Part shown: in pieces, positions 39,786-49,764 of the stretch
Position numbering within the stretch: position 1 is the stretch's first letter
How the letters are laid out: each line of letters opens with the position of its first letter
The notes under the pieces: generated by a model
Database searches by the model: none
Seen by the model: only the letters and a program-made list of their open reading frames with translations
Told to the model about the DNA's origin: nothing
Position numbers and translations under genes: made by a program
NCBI GenBank assembly: GCA_018334565.1
Contig: JAGXLU010000005.1
Location: 1,244 to 65,243, forward strand
Source: Halanaerobiales bacterium
GTDB lineage: Bacteria > Bacillota > Halanaerobiia > Halanaerobiales > M55B127
Length of the DNA: 64,000 nt
Direction of reading: 5' to 3'

Positions 39786-41036
39786 TTAAATATTTTTAAT
39801 AGGTTGATCTGTAAATATACGTATTTCTTGTATTCTATGCTCATCAATTTTTTCTATTTCAATGATCATTCCATCAAGCTCTATTTTCTCATTTTCTTCG
39901 GGCAAATAACCCAATTTATGCAGAACAAAACCACTTATGGTCTCATAACTTTCTTCATCCAATAAAGGTGAAGGAAGTATTTCATTTAAATCATCAAGAT
40001 CAACTCTAGCATCAACTAGTAATTCCTTATTATTGATCAAATTAATCTGTTTATTTTCTAAATCAAACTCATCCTGGATATCACCTACAATTTCTTCCAA
40101 TAGGTCTTCTATAGTAATTAAACCAGAAGTACCACCATATTCATCTAAAATAACAGCCATATGTTCTCTTCTTTTTTGCATCTCTTTTAACAATTTGTTA
40201 ATCTGTTTGCTTTCCGGGATAAAATAGATCGGCTTGATTAAGTCTTCTAAGGTCAAATCCCCTGTACCCTTTTGCAGTAATTTTAGTAAATCTTTTACAT
40301 AGATCAAACCTATTATTTCATCTATACTATCTTCATAAACGGGTATTCTAGAGTGACCTTTTTCTACAGCGAGATTAACCAGTTGATCAATACTTTCTTT
40401 TTTATTTATACATACCATATCAATCCTGGGTACCATTATCTCTTTGACAATAATATCATCAAATTCAAACACACTCTGAATCATTTCCTTTTCGCTTTCC
40501 TTTATAGCACCCTCTTCTTCACTAACATTCACAAATCTTCTGACCTCTTCCTCACTAATGAAAGCAGAAGAAATCATCTTATTTTCTCCTATTAAATTTT
40601 TGACAAGAAATGTAAAAAATAATATAACAGGGTAAAGTATCTTTTCTAACCAGAAAAGTACAATAGATGCATTTTTAGCAAATTTGATTGGTTTACTGTT
40701 ACCCAGTGATTTAGGTGCAATTTCACCAAATACTAAAATTACAAAAGTAACTACTCCAGTTGCAATACCTACCCCTTTATTGCCAAAAATATTTATGGCA
40801 ATAGAAGTAGCTATAGCAGAAGCAGCAATATTAACCAAATTATTTCCTATCAGAATCGTAGTGAGTAATTTCGTTTGATTTTCCAATAAATGGTCAACCC
40901 TTTTGGCCTGTTTATCATCTTCATTAGCTAACTCTCTTATTCTCACCCTATTTGCTGACATAAAAGCAGTTTCTGACCCAGAAAAAAAACCAGAAAAAAT
41001 GAGTAGAAAAACAAAGCCAATTAAATTAATATACAT
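39786..41036 (-). CDS. HlyC/CorC-family transporter (DUF21 - CBS pair - CorC_HlyC)
   Basis: 416 aa. It has a 4-TM DUF21 N-terminus, CBS pairs ([17 protein letters not shown]) and a C-terminal transporter-associated domain. Confidence 0.9.
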   Translation of the reverse strand: MYINLIGFVFLLIFSGFFSGSETAFMSANRVRIRELANEDDKQAKRVDHLLENQTKLLTTILIGNNLVNIAASAIATSIAINIFGNKGVGIATGVVTFVILVFGEIAPKSLGNSKPIKFAKNASIVLFWLEKILYPVILFFTFLVKNLIGENKMISSAFISEEEVRRFVNVSEEEGAIKESEKEMIQSVFEFDDIIVKEIMVPRIDMVCINKKESIDQLVNLAVEKGHSRIPVYEDSIDEIIGLIYVKDLLKLLQKGTGDLTLEDLIKPIYFIPESKQINKLLKEMQKRREHMAVILDEYGGTSGLITIEDLLEEIVGDIQDEFDLENKQINLINNKELLVDARVDLDDLNEILPSPLLDEESYETISGFVLHKLGYLPEENEKIELDGMIIEIEKIDEHRIQEIRIFTDQPIKNI

Positions 41037-41075
41037 TCTCTAATGCCCTCCAATTCAAAACCACAGACAAATAAT

Positions 41076-41513
41076 TTATCTTTTTATTTCCAACTCTTTT
41101 AATATTCTCTCTTCTCTTTTTCTCATTTCCTTTTTCTCTCCCGCCGTCTTATGCTTATAGCCTAAGAGGTGTAATATACCATGTGTAACAAGATAACAAA
41201 TCTCTCTTTTTAAAGAATGACCATAATCCTCAGATTGGATTAGAGCTCTCTCTTTAGAAATAATAATATCTCCTAATATTTCCTCTCCCATTGGAAAGGC
41301 TAATACATCAGTAACCTTATCTACCTTTCTAAACTTATTATTCAATTCTCGAATTTTACTATTATCTACAAAAGCAATGCTTATCTCTCCACCATCATAA
41401 CCCTCCATTTTAGTCGCCTTTCTGACTATATTTTTACAATCCTGCAAGATGTCCTGATCAATATCAATCTCAGACTGCTGATCATTTATTTTGACTTTGA
41501 TCATTTTTATCAA
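41076..41513 (-). CDS. ybeY: rRNA maturation endoribonuclease YbeY
   Basis: 145 aa with the Zn motif HGILHLLGYKH. The start is either ATG 41513 or 41504. Confidence 0.93.
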   Translation of the reverse strand: MIKMIKVKINDQQSEIDIDQDILQDCKNIVRKATKMEGYDGGEISIAFVDNSKIRELNNKFRKVDKVTDVLAFPMGEEILGDIIISKERALIQSEDYGHSLKREICYLVTHGILHLLGYKHKTAGEKKEMRKREERILKELEIKR

Positions 41514-43641
41514 CTTCTTTCATTTCTTTTAATAACCGATCAGGATATTCAACTCTCTGATGGTATATGCCGGTCAAAATTTGAACAAAACTATCTGCAA
41601 TCAAATCCAATTCCTTTAATGTTAAGGAAGATTCTTCTAATTGTCCGTCATTTAATTTTTCTTTTATCAATTCTTTCACAAATATTTCTATTCGATTATG
41701 ATTGTTTTTATTGAAATTCTTGGATCTTACAGCTGCTTCTACTGTGTCTGCTAACATAATCAAGGCCGCTTCTTTAGACTGGGGTTTAGGCCCATCATAA
41801 CGAAAATCACTTTCATTTATATTACCATGTTTACTTTCTTTAACTGCCTCTTCATAAAAGAAAGAAATTAAACCAGTTCCCTGATGTTGCTCAATAATAT
41901 CTTTAACCGCCCTAGGCAAGTTATGTTTTTCAGCCATTTCCAGCCCATCTTTAACATGAGATTTAATAATTAATGAACTTAAATTGGGAGAAATCTTATC
42001 ATGGGGGTTCTCTCCACCAAATTGATTATCCGAAAAGAAATAAGGTCTCTTTAATTTACCTATATCATGAAAATATGCACCAACTCTGGTTAACAGAGAA
42101 TCCGCTCCAATTTTATCTGCAGCATTTTCAGCTAAATTACCTACAATTATACTGTGGTGATAAGTTCCCGGAGCTTCTACTAATAATCTTTTTAATAAAG
42201 GATGACTCGTATTTGACAATTCTAATAATTTAACCGATGAAGTCAAATTGAATATACTTTCCAAATAGGGTAGTAAACCATTTGCCAAAATAGCAACAAA
42301 TATACCATTTAAAACCCCCATCACAATTGACCAAATAAGTTCTATCCAGTTATTGCTGAAATTCATTAGTGTTAACCCAGTAATAAAAACCACAAGAATG
42401 AGACTGACATTAAAGCCTGCCCTGATAAGATCACTTCTCTGATTAACATCACTCACACTGATAATACCAACAATACCACCTACAAATGCTGCTGCTGCTG
42501 CAATATATAGACTTCCAAATACTAATGCTATCAAAAAGCTTGTAAAGGCAGTAATTACAAAAGCAATTCTGGTATCAACTAAAACCGTTATAAGTATAGA
42601 AACAATCGCTGTAGGAACTAAATAGACCATATAAGCCGGTTGAAAGATGCTGATTATTTTAGCCAAGAGGACCACTAAAGTTATTAGCGTTTCTACCAAA
42701 ATTAATTGATTAATATTTTCCCAGACTTGTGTAGCATAAAATTTAGTGTAAAAACCCAATAGTAAAACTAAAACACTTAAAGTTAACAATACACCCAGTA
42801 AATTGATATAATTGATACCCGGTTTTCTGAGGCCTAAGGCCTCCAGTACTCTCATATCATCTTGTGAAACAATGTCACCTTTACGAATAATATTTTCTCC
42901 CTTTAATACGGTTCTTTTAACAGGTTCCACTTGTCTAAGCGCATCTTCCTGTTTATCTTCTGTAGCTTCTAAATCTAAAATCATATTGGGTTGTACATAA
43001 TTACTTAAAATATTTGCTAATACCAATCTATATTCTTTAGTAAAATTAGTCTCTAAAGCAAGTTGATTAATATCATTGAGCACCTCAGATAAATTCTCGG
43101 GAAAAATCCTTTGTTCTAAAATATCATCCATTATCTTCTTTGAGGTGCTCTGCAAATCACTAATTTTTTCTAGATCAGATTTCAGTAATAGCTTAAGATC
43201 ATCTGTACCAATTTTTATATTATTTTCTTCTTTAATTTCAGTTAAAGTACTTTCTTTTAGTTGTTCGATATCCTCTTTTTTATAATTTATCTGTTCACTT
43301 AAAACACTATTAAATAAGTTATCGATTTCACTTAATATTCTTCGGCTGAGTGATTTGTCTTCTTCATATACCTTAGAAGCTGATTCTACAGCAATATCTT
43401 CTAACTGTTCCGTTTTTTTCTGATCTATAAAGGTGACAGTTCTTGGAGCAACTATATCACTTTTACTCACTTCACCAACCTCCAAATCAATACGGTTGGG
43501 GAAAAAATTAATAGTTAAAATAATTGCTATTATAATGTAAAAAACAGCAATGCTAATTCTTCTTATATATTTTTCATCTAATTTTATATCAAAATCGAAC
43601 CATTTACTAAACCGATCTTTGATTTGCTCAAAAAAATACAT
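41482..43641 (-). CDS. pgpH: 7TM-receptor HD-domain phosphohydrolase (YqfF/PgpH-like, cyclic-di-AMP phosphodiesterase family)
   Basis: 719 aa. It has an extracellular N-terminal domain, 7 TM helices and a C-terminal HD domain (HHSIIVGNLAE, YFHDIGK). Confidence 0.88.
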   Translation of the reverse strand: MYFFEQIKDRFSKWFDFDIKLDEKYIRRISIAVFYIIIAIILTINFFPNRIDLEVGEVSKSDIVAPRTVTFIDQKKTEQLEDIAVESASKVYEEDKSLSRRILSEIDNLFNSVLSEQINYKKEDIEQLKESTLTEIKEENNIKIGTDDLKLLLKSDLEKISDLQSTSKKIMDDILEQRIFPENLSEVLNDINQLALETNFTKEYRLVLANILSNYVQPNMILDLEATEDKQEDALRQVEPVKRTVLKGENIIRKGDIVSQDDMRVLEALGLRKPGINYINLLGVLLTLSVLVLLLGFYTKFYATQVWENINQLILVETLITLVVLLAKIISIFQPAYMVYLVPTAIVSILITVLVDTRIAFVITAFTSFLIALVFGSLYIAAAAAFVGGIVGIISVSDVNQRSDLIRAGFNVSLILVVFITGLTLMNFSNNWIELIWSIVMGVLNGIFVAILANGLLPYLESIFNLTSSVKLLELSNTSHPLLKRLLVEAPGTYHHSIIVGNLAENAADKIGADSLLTRVGAYFHDIGKLKRPYFFSDNQFGGENPHDKISPNLSSLIIKSHVKDGLEMAEKHNLPRAVKDIIEQHQGTGLISFFYEEAVKESKHGNINESDFRYDGPKPQSKEAALIMLADTVEAAVRSKNFNKNNHNRIEIFVKELIKEKLNDGQLEESSLTLKELDLIADSFVQILTGIYHQRVEYPDRLLKEMKEVDKNDQSQNK

Positions 43642-44606
43642 TATTTACTCCCACTTTCATGCCTTTCATACGCTTTTATGATATCTTTAACTAAATCATG
43701 TCTAACAACATCCTGGTTTGTAAGGTAAACGAATTCTATACCTTCTATATGTTTCAATATTTTTCTAACTTGATTTAAGCCTGAGTTAGAGTTTCTAGGC
43801 AAATCGATCTGGGTAATATCACCGGTAATCACAGCATGAGAATTAAAGCCTATTCTTGTTAAAAGCATCTTCATTTGTTCTGGAGTTGTATTTTGAGCTT
43901 CATCTAATATTACAAATGAATCATCGAGTGTCCTACCTCTCATATATGCTAAAGGAGCAACTTCAATGATATCTTTCTCTAAATACTCACTTACTTTTTC
44001 TGGGCCTAAAATATCATATAAGGCATCATATAACGGCCTCAAATATGGATCAACCTTATCTTGCATATCGCCAGGTAAAAATCCTAAATTTTCTCCTGCT
44101 TCGATAGCAGGTCTTGTTAAAACTATCCGATTAGCATTATTGTTTAATAAACTCTTAACAGCCATCACCATCGCAAGATATGTCTTGCCTGTTCCCGCGG
44201 GGCCAATAGAAAACACAATATCTGAGTTTTTAATAGCCTCTACATAATATTTTTGTCCCAATGTTTTAACTTTGATCTTTCTACCTTTAAAATTGACCTG
44301 TAATACTTCATCATAGAGATTAGATAAATCCATATCCCTATCTTTTTTCAACAGAAAGATGGCATACTTAACCTGTCTTTTATCTATATTTTTGCCTGTT
44401 TGGGCCAAATCTATCATTTCCTCTATTACACGTTTTGCCAACTTTACTTTATCTGCTCTGCCTTTTATCTTCACACTACTGCCTCTGGCTATTATCTCAA
44501 CATCCAGTATGTCTTCTATAACTTTAATGTTTTCATCTTTATTCCCAAAAACATTTCTGGAAATTTTATAATTTTTTATATCTAAAATATCTTCAACCGG
44601 TACCAC
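43641..44606 (-). CDS. phoH: PhoH-family ATPase
   Basis: 321 aa with Walker A GPAGTGKTY, DEAQNTT and ITGDITQIDLP. The start is a GTG with an AAGGAGGG SD 5 nt upstream. Confidence 0.95.
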   Translation of the reverse strand: MVPVEDILDIKNYKISRNVFGNKDENIKVIEDILDVEIIARGSSVKIKGRADKVKLAKRVIEEMIDLAQTGKNIDKRQVKYAIFLLKKDRDMDLSNLYDEVLQVNFKGRKIKVKTLGQKYYVEAIKNSDIVFSIGPAGTGKTYLAMVMAVKSLLNNNANRIVLTRPAIEAGENLGFLPGDMQDKVDPYLRPLYDALYDILGPEKVSEYLEKDIIEVAPLAYMRGRTLDDSFVILDEAQNTTPEQMKMLLTRIGFNSHAVITGDITQIDLPRNSNSGLNQVRKILKHIEGIEFVYLTNQDVVRHDLVKDIIKAYERHESGSK

Positions 44607-44715
44607 CGGATCCCTCCTTAATTAACGTATACCTACTTTTATTTTATTCAAGAGGAAGTTTAATATTCCTCCATAATTTAATAAAGCTTTTCATAGAGAA
44701 AAGCACACTAAGAAT

Positions 44716-44743
44716 ATTATAACATATTATTGTAATCTTACAA
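44716..44743 (-). promoter_or_regulatory. Sigma-A type promoter for the phoH-pgpH-ybeY cluster
   Basis: Minus strand reads TTGTAA (44743-44738), 16 nt, then TGtTATAAT (hexamer 44721-44716). Confidence 0.55.
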
Positions 44744-44756
44744 GTCCAATAAATAT

Positions 44757-44801
44757 AAAAACCAGCCTATAGCCTAGTATGCAGCTACATCCTGGTTTTT
44801 T
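44757..44801. terminator. Terminator hairpin after glpX (T/A tracts on both sides)
   Basis: AAAAACCAG (44757-44765) pairs with CTGGTTTTT (44792-44800) around an internally paired 26-nt insert. On the minus strand it is followed by TTTTTATATTT. Confidence 0.55.
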
Positions 44802-44819
44802 ATTAGCCTTTTTATATTG

Positions 44820-45839
44820 TTAGCCATTTATCATTTTAGAAAAATCAGGGTTAAAAATATCTTTTGGAAAATAATCGGGTTTACGAGTAATAGTATGATA
44901 GGTTTTAATAAATCTGATTGTACCTGTTTTGCTTCTAAGCAACATTGTATGTGAAGAAGCACTATTTGTACTATAACGTATTCCTTTAAGTAAATCTCCA
45001 TCTGTAATTCCTGTTGCCACAAATATAATATCATCACCCTGAGCAAGTTCTTTTGTAAAATATAGTTTATCAATATTTTTTATACCTAAGTCCTTTGCTT
45101 TTTGTCTATCCTTCTCATTTCTTGGTTTCAGGCGAGCTTGTATTTCTCCTCCCATACACCGCAATGCAGCAGCTGTTAGTACACCTTCAGTAGCACCACC
45201 TATTCCCATCATCATGTCTACACCAGAATCTGATAAACCAGTAGCAATACCACCAGCCACATCACCATCACTGATTAGCTTAATTCTAGCACCGATAGAT
45301 CTGATATCATTGATTAACTTTTTATGTCTGGAACGATTTAAGACAACGATGGTTAAGTCCTTAACACTTTTATTAAGAGCCTCGGCTGTGGCCCTTAAAT
45401 TATCTTCAACAGAAGCATCCAAATTTATTTCTCCTTTAGCCTTAGGACCTACTGCAATCTTTTCCATATATGTATCAGGGGCCTTCATAAGACTGTGCCT
45501 TTCTGCAACCACCAAAACAGCTAGTGCATTAGGTAATCCGTTGGCAACCAAAGATGTACCCTCTACAGGATCAACAGCAATATCAAGCTGGGGTTGTGCA
45601 CTTCCATCACCGATAACTTCTCCTATATATAAGTGAGGCGCCTCATCTTTTTCACCTTCCCCAATAACTACTGTACCATTAATACCCATTGTATCAAAAA
45701 TGTTTCTCATACAATCTACAGCTGCTCCATCAACACAGTTTTTACATCCTTTACCCATCCAGGGTGCTGCTGCTAGAGCCGCTGTTTCCGTGACTCTGAC
45801 AAAATCAAATCCCAATTGTCTATCCATATATTTTTTCAA
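44820..45839 (-). CDS. glpX: Fructose-1,6-bisphosphatase class II (GlpX)
   Basis: 339 aa. The N-terminus FVRVTETAALAAAPWMGKG, together with DPVEGT and GIGGATEGV, is typical of GlpX. Confidence 0.95.
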   Translation of the reverse strand: MKKYMDRQLGFDFVRVTETAALAAAPWMGKGCKNCVDGAAVDCMRNIFDTMGINGTVVIGEGEKDEAPHLYIGEVIGDGSAQPQLDIAVDPVEGTSLVANGLPNALAVLVVAERHSLMKAPDTYMEKIAVGPKAKGEINLDASVEDNLRATAEALNKSVKDLTIVVLNRSRHKKLINDIRSIGARIKLISDGDVAGGIATGLSDSGVDMMMGIGGATEGVLTAAALRCMGGEIQARLKPRNEKDRQKAKDLGIKNIDKLYFTKELAQGDDIIFVATGITDGDLLKGIRYSTNSASSHTMLLRSKTGTIRFIKTYHTITRKPDYFPKDIFNPDFSKMING

Positions 45840-45848
45840 CTCCTTTTT

Positions 45849-46457
45849 TTACTCCGTATAATCAACAAATGTTTTTATTATAGTAGTTTTGCTTATTCTG
45901 CCAACTACTTCTTTAACCTCATTTACAACAGGAAGAAAATCTATTTTATGATATCTAATTTTGCGTGCTGCCTCTATAAAAGTAGTATCTGGAAATACAG
46001 ATATGATTTTAGGATTCCTGGTCATAGCTAAACTAACTGGTGTCTTTTTGAGATTATTCTTGCCTATACTCATTTTAAGCAGGTCTTTTCTTGAAATAAC
46101 ACCACTTAACTTGCCTTTATTATTTATAACAACTATAGAACCTACATCTTCTAAAAACATCTTCAAAATCGTATCATAAATACTCGTCTCCTCTTCAACC
46201 TTGATAGGTTCAGACATTATTTCACTTACTTTTTTATTATATAATCTTTCTATTTCCTTTAATTTATAGTCTTCTTGGATTAAATAATAGCCCACATTTG
46301 GTTTAGCATTTAAGATTTCTAACATCGATAAAATCGATAAATCAGAACGGATTGTTGCTCTTGATAAATCAAGCTTCTCTGCAATTAGTTTTGATGAGAT
46401 AGGACCTTCTTTTTTCACTATATCAATAATTTCTTTCTGTCTTTTTGATAATTCCAT
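45849..46457 (-). CDS. ccpN: CcpN-type transcriptional repressor (HTH + two CBS domains)
   Basis: 202 aa. From memory, the blocks LSRATIRSDLSILSMLEILNAKPNVGYY and MFLEDVGSIVV closely parallel B. subtilis CcpN (RATLRPDLAILTM, MFLEDVGTLFV). Only 9 nt separate it from glpX. Confidence 0.85.
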   Translation of the reverse strand: MELSKRQKEIIDIVKKEGPISSKLIAEKLDLSRATIRSDLSILSMLEILNAKPNVGYYLIQEDYKLKEIERLYNKKVSEIMSEPIKVEEETSIYDTILKMFLEDVGSIVVINNKGKLSGVISRKDLLKMSIGKNNLKKTPVSLAMTRNPKIISVFPDTTFIEAARKIRYHKIDFLPVVNEVKEVVGRISKTTIIKTFVDYTE

Positions 46458-46600
46458 ATATTACCTCCTGCTCCGTTATTTATATTTAAAGAATAATATA
46501 ACACAATTATCAAATTAAATCAACTAATACGCAAATAATTGCCTACTAATAATCATAAAAACATGTATTACCACATTGTTTTTTAAAATTAATTATTAAA

Positions 46601-46638
46601 TAATGTAATAAGCCCTATTATCAGGGCTTATTACATTA
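46601..46638 (-). terminator. Long perfect hairpin terminator after the floA operon
   Basis: A 16-bp perfect stem TAATGTAATAAGCCCT / AGGGCTTATTACATTA has a 6-nt loop and is followed on the minus strand by TTTAATAATTAATTTT. Confidence 0.7.
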
Positions 46639-46650
46639 ATTTATGATAAG

Positions 46651-47046
46651 TCATTTTTCTTTTTTGTTTTTCTTAAACCGAGGTTCATCTATTATTTCTT
46701 TCATGATTATGCCTTTAACTAAATCTTCTTTTTCAAAAAATAGTTTGCCTTTTTTCTTTTTACTAATTTTTTTAACTCGAATCTTTTTTTTGCTTTTTTT
46801 GTTTTTCTTTTGATCCACATCTTTTGAAATATTATTATTTTGTGCTTTATTATTAACCTGTTCATCATATGCAAATTTATATTCTTCTTTCTTTAAATTG
46901 TTATTTTCCGCTATAGGTTTTTCTTTACTTAAAGTATTATCACTACTTTTATTTTTATTCTTATTCTTATTAATAAAATTTATCAAACGAGAACCTATAA
47001 TTAAAAACAAAAACAAAAGAGGCCAATAACTGAAGATATTATTCAT
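46651..47046 (-). CDS. Small membrane-anchored lysine-rich protein, unknown function
   Basis: 131 aa. It has one N-terminal TM helix (WPLLFLFLIIGSRLINF) and then Asn/Lys low complexity including KKNKKSKKKIRVKKISKKKKGK. An AGAGGTG SD lies 9 nt upstream, and it is the last gene of the nfeD-floA cluster. Confidence 0.6.
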   Translation of the reverse strand: MNNIFSYWPLLFLFLIIGSRLINFINKNKNKNKSSDNTLSKEKPIAENNNLKKEEYKFAYDEQVNNKAQNNNISKDVDQKKNKKSKKKIRVKKISKKKKGKLFFEKEDLVKGIIMKEIIDEPRFKKNKKEK

Positions 47047-47064
47047 ATTAGCTCACACCTCTTG

Positions 47065-48063
47065 TTATTCATTTTTTTCTTCTTCATAACCTTCTTCTTC
47101 CTCTTCACCTGTATATTGAGAAATCCCTTCTCTCATATTTGTATCAGCCTTTACATTCTTATAATTCATATAATCCATTACACCTAAATTGCCATTTTTA
47201 AAAGCATCTGCAATTGCAAGCGGTACTTCTGCTTCTGCTTCAACAACTTTTGCCTGCATTTCTTGAACTTCTGCTCTCATTTCTTGTTCCTTAGCCACTG
47301 CCATAGCTCTTCTTTCTTCCGCTTTAGCTTGAGCAATTTCTTTATCAGCTTCAGCCTGATCGATTTGTAATTGTGCTCCAATGTTTTTACCTACATCTAC
47401 ATCGGCAATATCGATAGACAATATTTCGAAAGCGGTCCCCGAATCAAGGCCCTTATTTAAAACTGTTTTAGAAATAGAATCAGGATTTTCCAATACTTTT
47501 TTATGGGTATCGGCAGAACCTACAGTTGTAACAATACCTTCACCTACCCTGGCCAAAACTGTTTCTTCCCCGGCTCCACCAACCAGCCTATCAATATTAG
47601 CTCTTACTGTTACCCGGGCAGTAGCCATGACTTGAATCCCGTCCATTGCTACGGCTGTTACTAATGGTGTTTTGATCACCTTGGGATTAACACTCATTTT
47701 GACAGCATCTAATACATCCCTACCGGCTAAATCGATGGCAGCAGCTCTTTCAAACAGCAGAGGTATCTCTGCCCTCTCTGCAGCAATTAAGGCATCTACC
47801 ACCTTATTAACATTACCACCTGCTAGATAATGAGCTTCCAGTTTGTCACTGGTTAAATCTAAACCTGCTTTATGTGATTTGATCAAGGGACCAACTATAG
47901 AAGATGGTACTACTCTTCTCAGCCTCATCCCGATTAAATTAAAGAAGCCTATTTTGACCCCTGCTGCAATTGCTGATATCCAAAGACCTAAAGGTATAAA
48001 ATACATGAAAAGAAAAATAAAAGCTATTACGCCAAATATAATTAGTAATGATGCAATTGTCAT
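47065..48063 (-). CDS. floA: Flotillin-like protein FloA (SPFH domain, UPF0365/YqfA)
   Basis: 332 aa. It has an N-terminal TM hairpin, an SPFH core and an Ala/Glu-rich coiled coil ([36 protein letters not shown]). It is coupled to nfeD by an ATGA overlap. Confidence 0.9.
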   Translation of the reverse strand: MTIASLLIIFGVIAFIFLFMYFIPLGLWISAIAAGVKIGFFNLIGMRLRRVVPSSIVGPLIKSHKAGLDLTSDKLEAHYLAGGNVNKVVDALIAAERAEIPLLFERAAAIDLAGRDVLDAVKMSVNPKVIKTPLVTAVAMDGIQVMATARVTVRANIDRLVGGAGEETVLARVGEGIVTTVGSADTHKKVLENPDSISKTVLNKGLDSGTAFEILSIDIADVDVGKNIGAQLQIDQAEADKEIAQAKAEERRAMAVAKEQEMRAEVQEMQAKVVEAEAEVPLAIADAFKNGNLGVMDYMNYKNVKADTNMREGISQYTGEEEEEGYEEEKNE

Positions 48064-49358
48064 TGATTATTCCCCCTCTTTATAAATGGTTTAACTATAA
48101 CCTTACTACCTTTGACATCTATAATAATTACCGTTTCTCCCTTATCAATAAAGCCTCCTTCACTAACAACATCAATGCGCTTTCCATCCAAATCAATAAT
48201 ACCAGCTGGTCTTAATGGGGTAGCCGCTGTGCCTTTTTGACCAATTAAGTCCTCATCTCCGTGATAAGCGGTATAACCAATATCACTGGTTTGACTTGTC
48301 CGCAAAGAAATTTTAGACCACATATTTGAACTGCCAAAATATTTACCTATTATAAAGGTTAAAACAACTGTCGTTAAAAGAGTTGTAGCGATAATATTCA
48401 CAGCAATTTGAGGTGTGGGAAATAAATAGTATAAGCTTACAAAAATTGAAACAATCCCACCAATACCCGTCACACCAAAACCGGGTACTACAAATACTTC
48501 TAATAGGATTAATAATAAACCAACTAAAAATAAAACTATAATGCCCCAACTAGCAACACCATTAATAATATAACCACTGAAAAACAAACCCAATGAAATA
48601 AATCCCATAGTCCCAGCTATGCCAAAGCCGGGTATCAATAATTCAAATATAATGGCGCTGAACCCAATTATTAATAAAAAAGTGCTTATATATGGGTTTG
48701 TGACAACACTAGCAAAGTTTTCAGAGGCACTGGGCTTTAGTTTATTGACTGTGCTCTCTTCTAGACCCAGATATGACCAAAGTAACTGATCTGATTCGAC
48801 TACATTATCTGCTATGTTATTAGCATAAGACTCTTCTGCAGTTAATGTTAATAATTTTCCTTTTTCACTTAATCCTTCAATCACAAGATCTGAATCTACC
48901 ATAGCTGCAGCAATGTCAGGATCTCTATTGCGTGCTTCTGCTGTTGCTTTGAATTCTTTTCTGAAAGCCGAGATATATTTTTCTTCCTTAGGTCTCGTTT
49001 CGGCAGCCCCAATACTGCTACCGGTCCTCATTACTAGTGTTTGACCGGCTAATGCAATCAAAGCCCCTGCCGACCAAGCGCGGTTGGAAACATATGTTAC
49101 AGTCTCAACTTGAGAATTTAAGATAATATCCTTTAGCTTAACAGCAGAATCAACATAACCTCCAAAAGTGTCTATTTTTATAACTATTTTATCTGCATTA
49201 TTTTCAACAGCCTCAGAATAACTTTTTTGAAAAAAAGAAAACATCGCCTGATCAATGTTCCCTTCCACAGGTATTTGATAGACAATGTCTTGAGCATTTA
49301 AGTTAAAAGAAAATATTATTATTATAATTAAGATTAAAATTATTTTATTTTTCAACAT
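48060..49358 (-). CDS. nfeD: NfeD-family membrane protein with ClpP-class serine protease domain (YqeZ-like)
   Basis: 432 aa. It has a signal peptide, a ClpP-like domain ([14 protein letters not shown]), multiple TM helices and a C-terminal NfeD OB-fold ([35 protein letters not shown]). Confidence 0.88.
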   Translation of the reverse strand: MLKNKIILILIIIIIFSFNLNAQDIVYQIPVEGNIDQAMFSFFQKSYSEAVENNADKIVIKIDTFGGYVDSAVKLKDIILNSQVETVTYVSNRAWSAGALIALAGQTLVMRTGSSIGAAETRPKEEKYISAFRKEFKATAEARNRDPDIAAAMVDSDLVIEGLSEKGKLLTLTAEESYANNIADNVVESDQLLWSYLGLEESTVNKLKPSASENFASVVTNPYISTFLLIIGFSAIIFELLIPGFGIAGTMGFISLGLFFSGYIINGVASWGIIVLFLVGLLLILLEVFVVPGFGVTGIGGIVSIFVSLYYLFPTPQIAVNIIATTLLTTVVLTFIIGKYFGSSNMWSKISLRTSQTSDIGYTAYHGDEDLIGQKGTAATPLRPAGIIDLDGKRIDVVSEGGFIDKGETVIIIDVKGSKVIVKPFIKRGNNQ

Positions 49359-49385
49359 AATTCACACCTCATCTATTAAGATATT

Positions 49386-49730
49386 TTAACCTGGAGGCCA
49401 CTGCATTAATCTACCCCCTAAGAGGTGATAGTGGATGTGAAATACAGTTTGACCTGCCTTTTCTTTATTATTATTTACCAACCTAAATCCCTCATCGTAT
49501 ATATCATATTCCTTTGCCATTTTGACCGCCACTTTATGAATATGAGCTATAATATCAAATTCATCTTCTTTTAAAACCATAATATTTTCTTTATGATCTT
49601 TAGGAACGATTAATATATGCACCGGGGCTTGTGGATTAATATCCTCAAAAACTACAACTTTATCATCTTCATAAACAAAGTCAGTCTCTATTTCATTATT
49701 AATAATTTTACAAAACAGACAATTCGACAC
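49386..49730 (-). CDS. Histidine triad (HIT) nucleotide-binding protein
   Basis: 114 aa with CLFCKII and the HIT motif HIHYHLLGG. Confidence 0.93.
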   Translation of the reverse strand: MSNCLFCKIINNEIETDFVYEDDKVVVFEDINPQAPVHILIVPKDHKENIMVLKEDEFDIIAHIHKVAVKMAKEYDIYDEGFRLVNNNKEKAGQTVFHIHYHLLGGRLMQWPPG

Positions 49731-49764
49731 TATAATACCCCCTTTTAATTATAACTATTCTTTA

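Noticed and set aside
44597-44609. On the minus strand, GGTGGTACCGG at the start of phoH closely resembles the conserved T-box core (GGTGGTACCGCG).
   Set aside because: It overlaps the GTG start and first codons of phoH (MVPVED...). It is preceded by the SD rather than by Stem I or specifier structures, and no terminator hairpin follows it. phoH is also not an amino-acid-related gene. I treat the match as coincidental.
45214-45636. A 140-aa plus-strand ORF lies antisense to glpX.
   Set aside because: It lies wholly inside the well-supported glpX gene. It has no start context, and its Ala/Ser/Leu-rich sequence is typical of a shadow frame.
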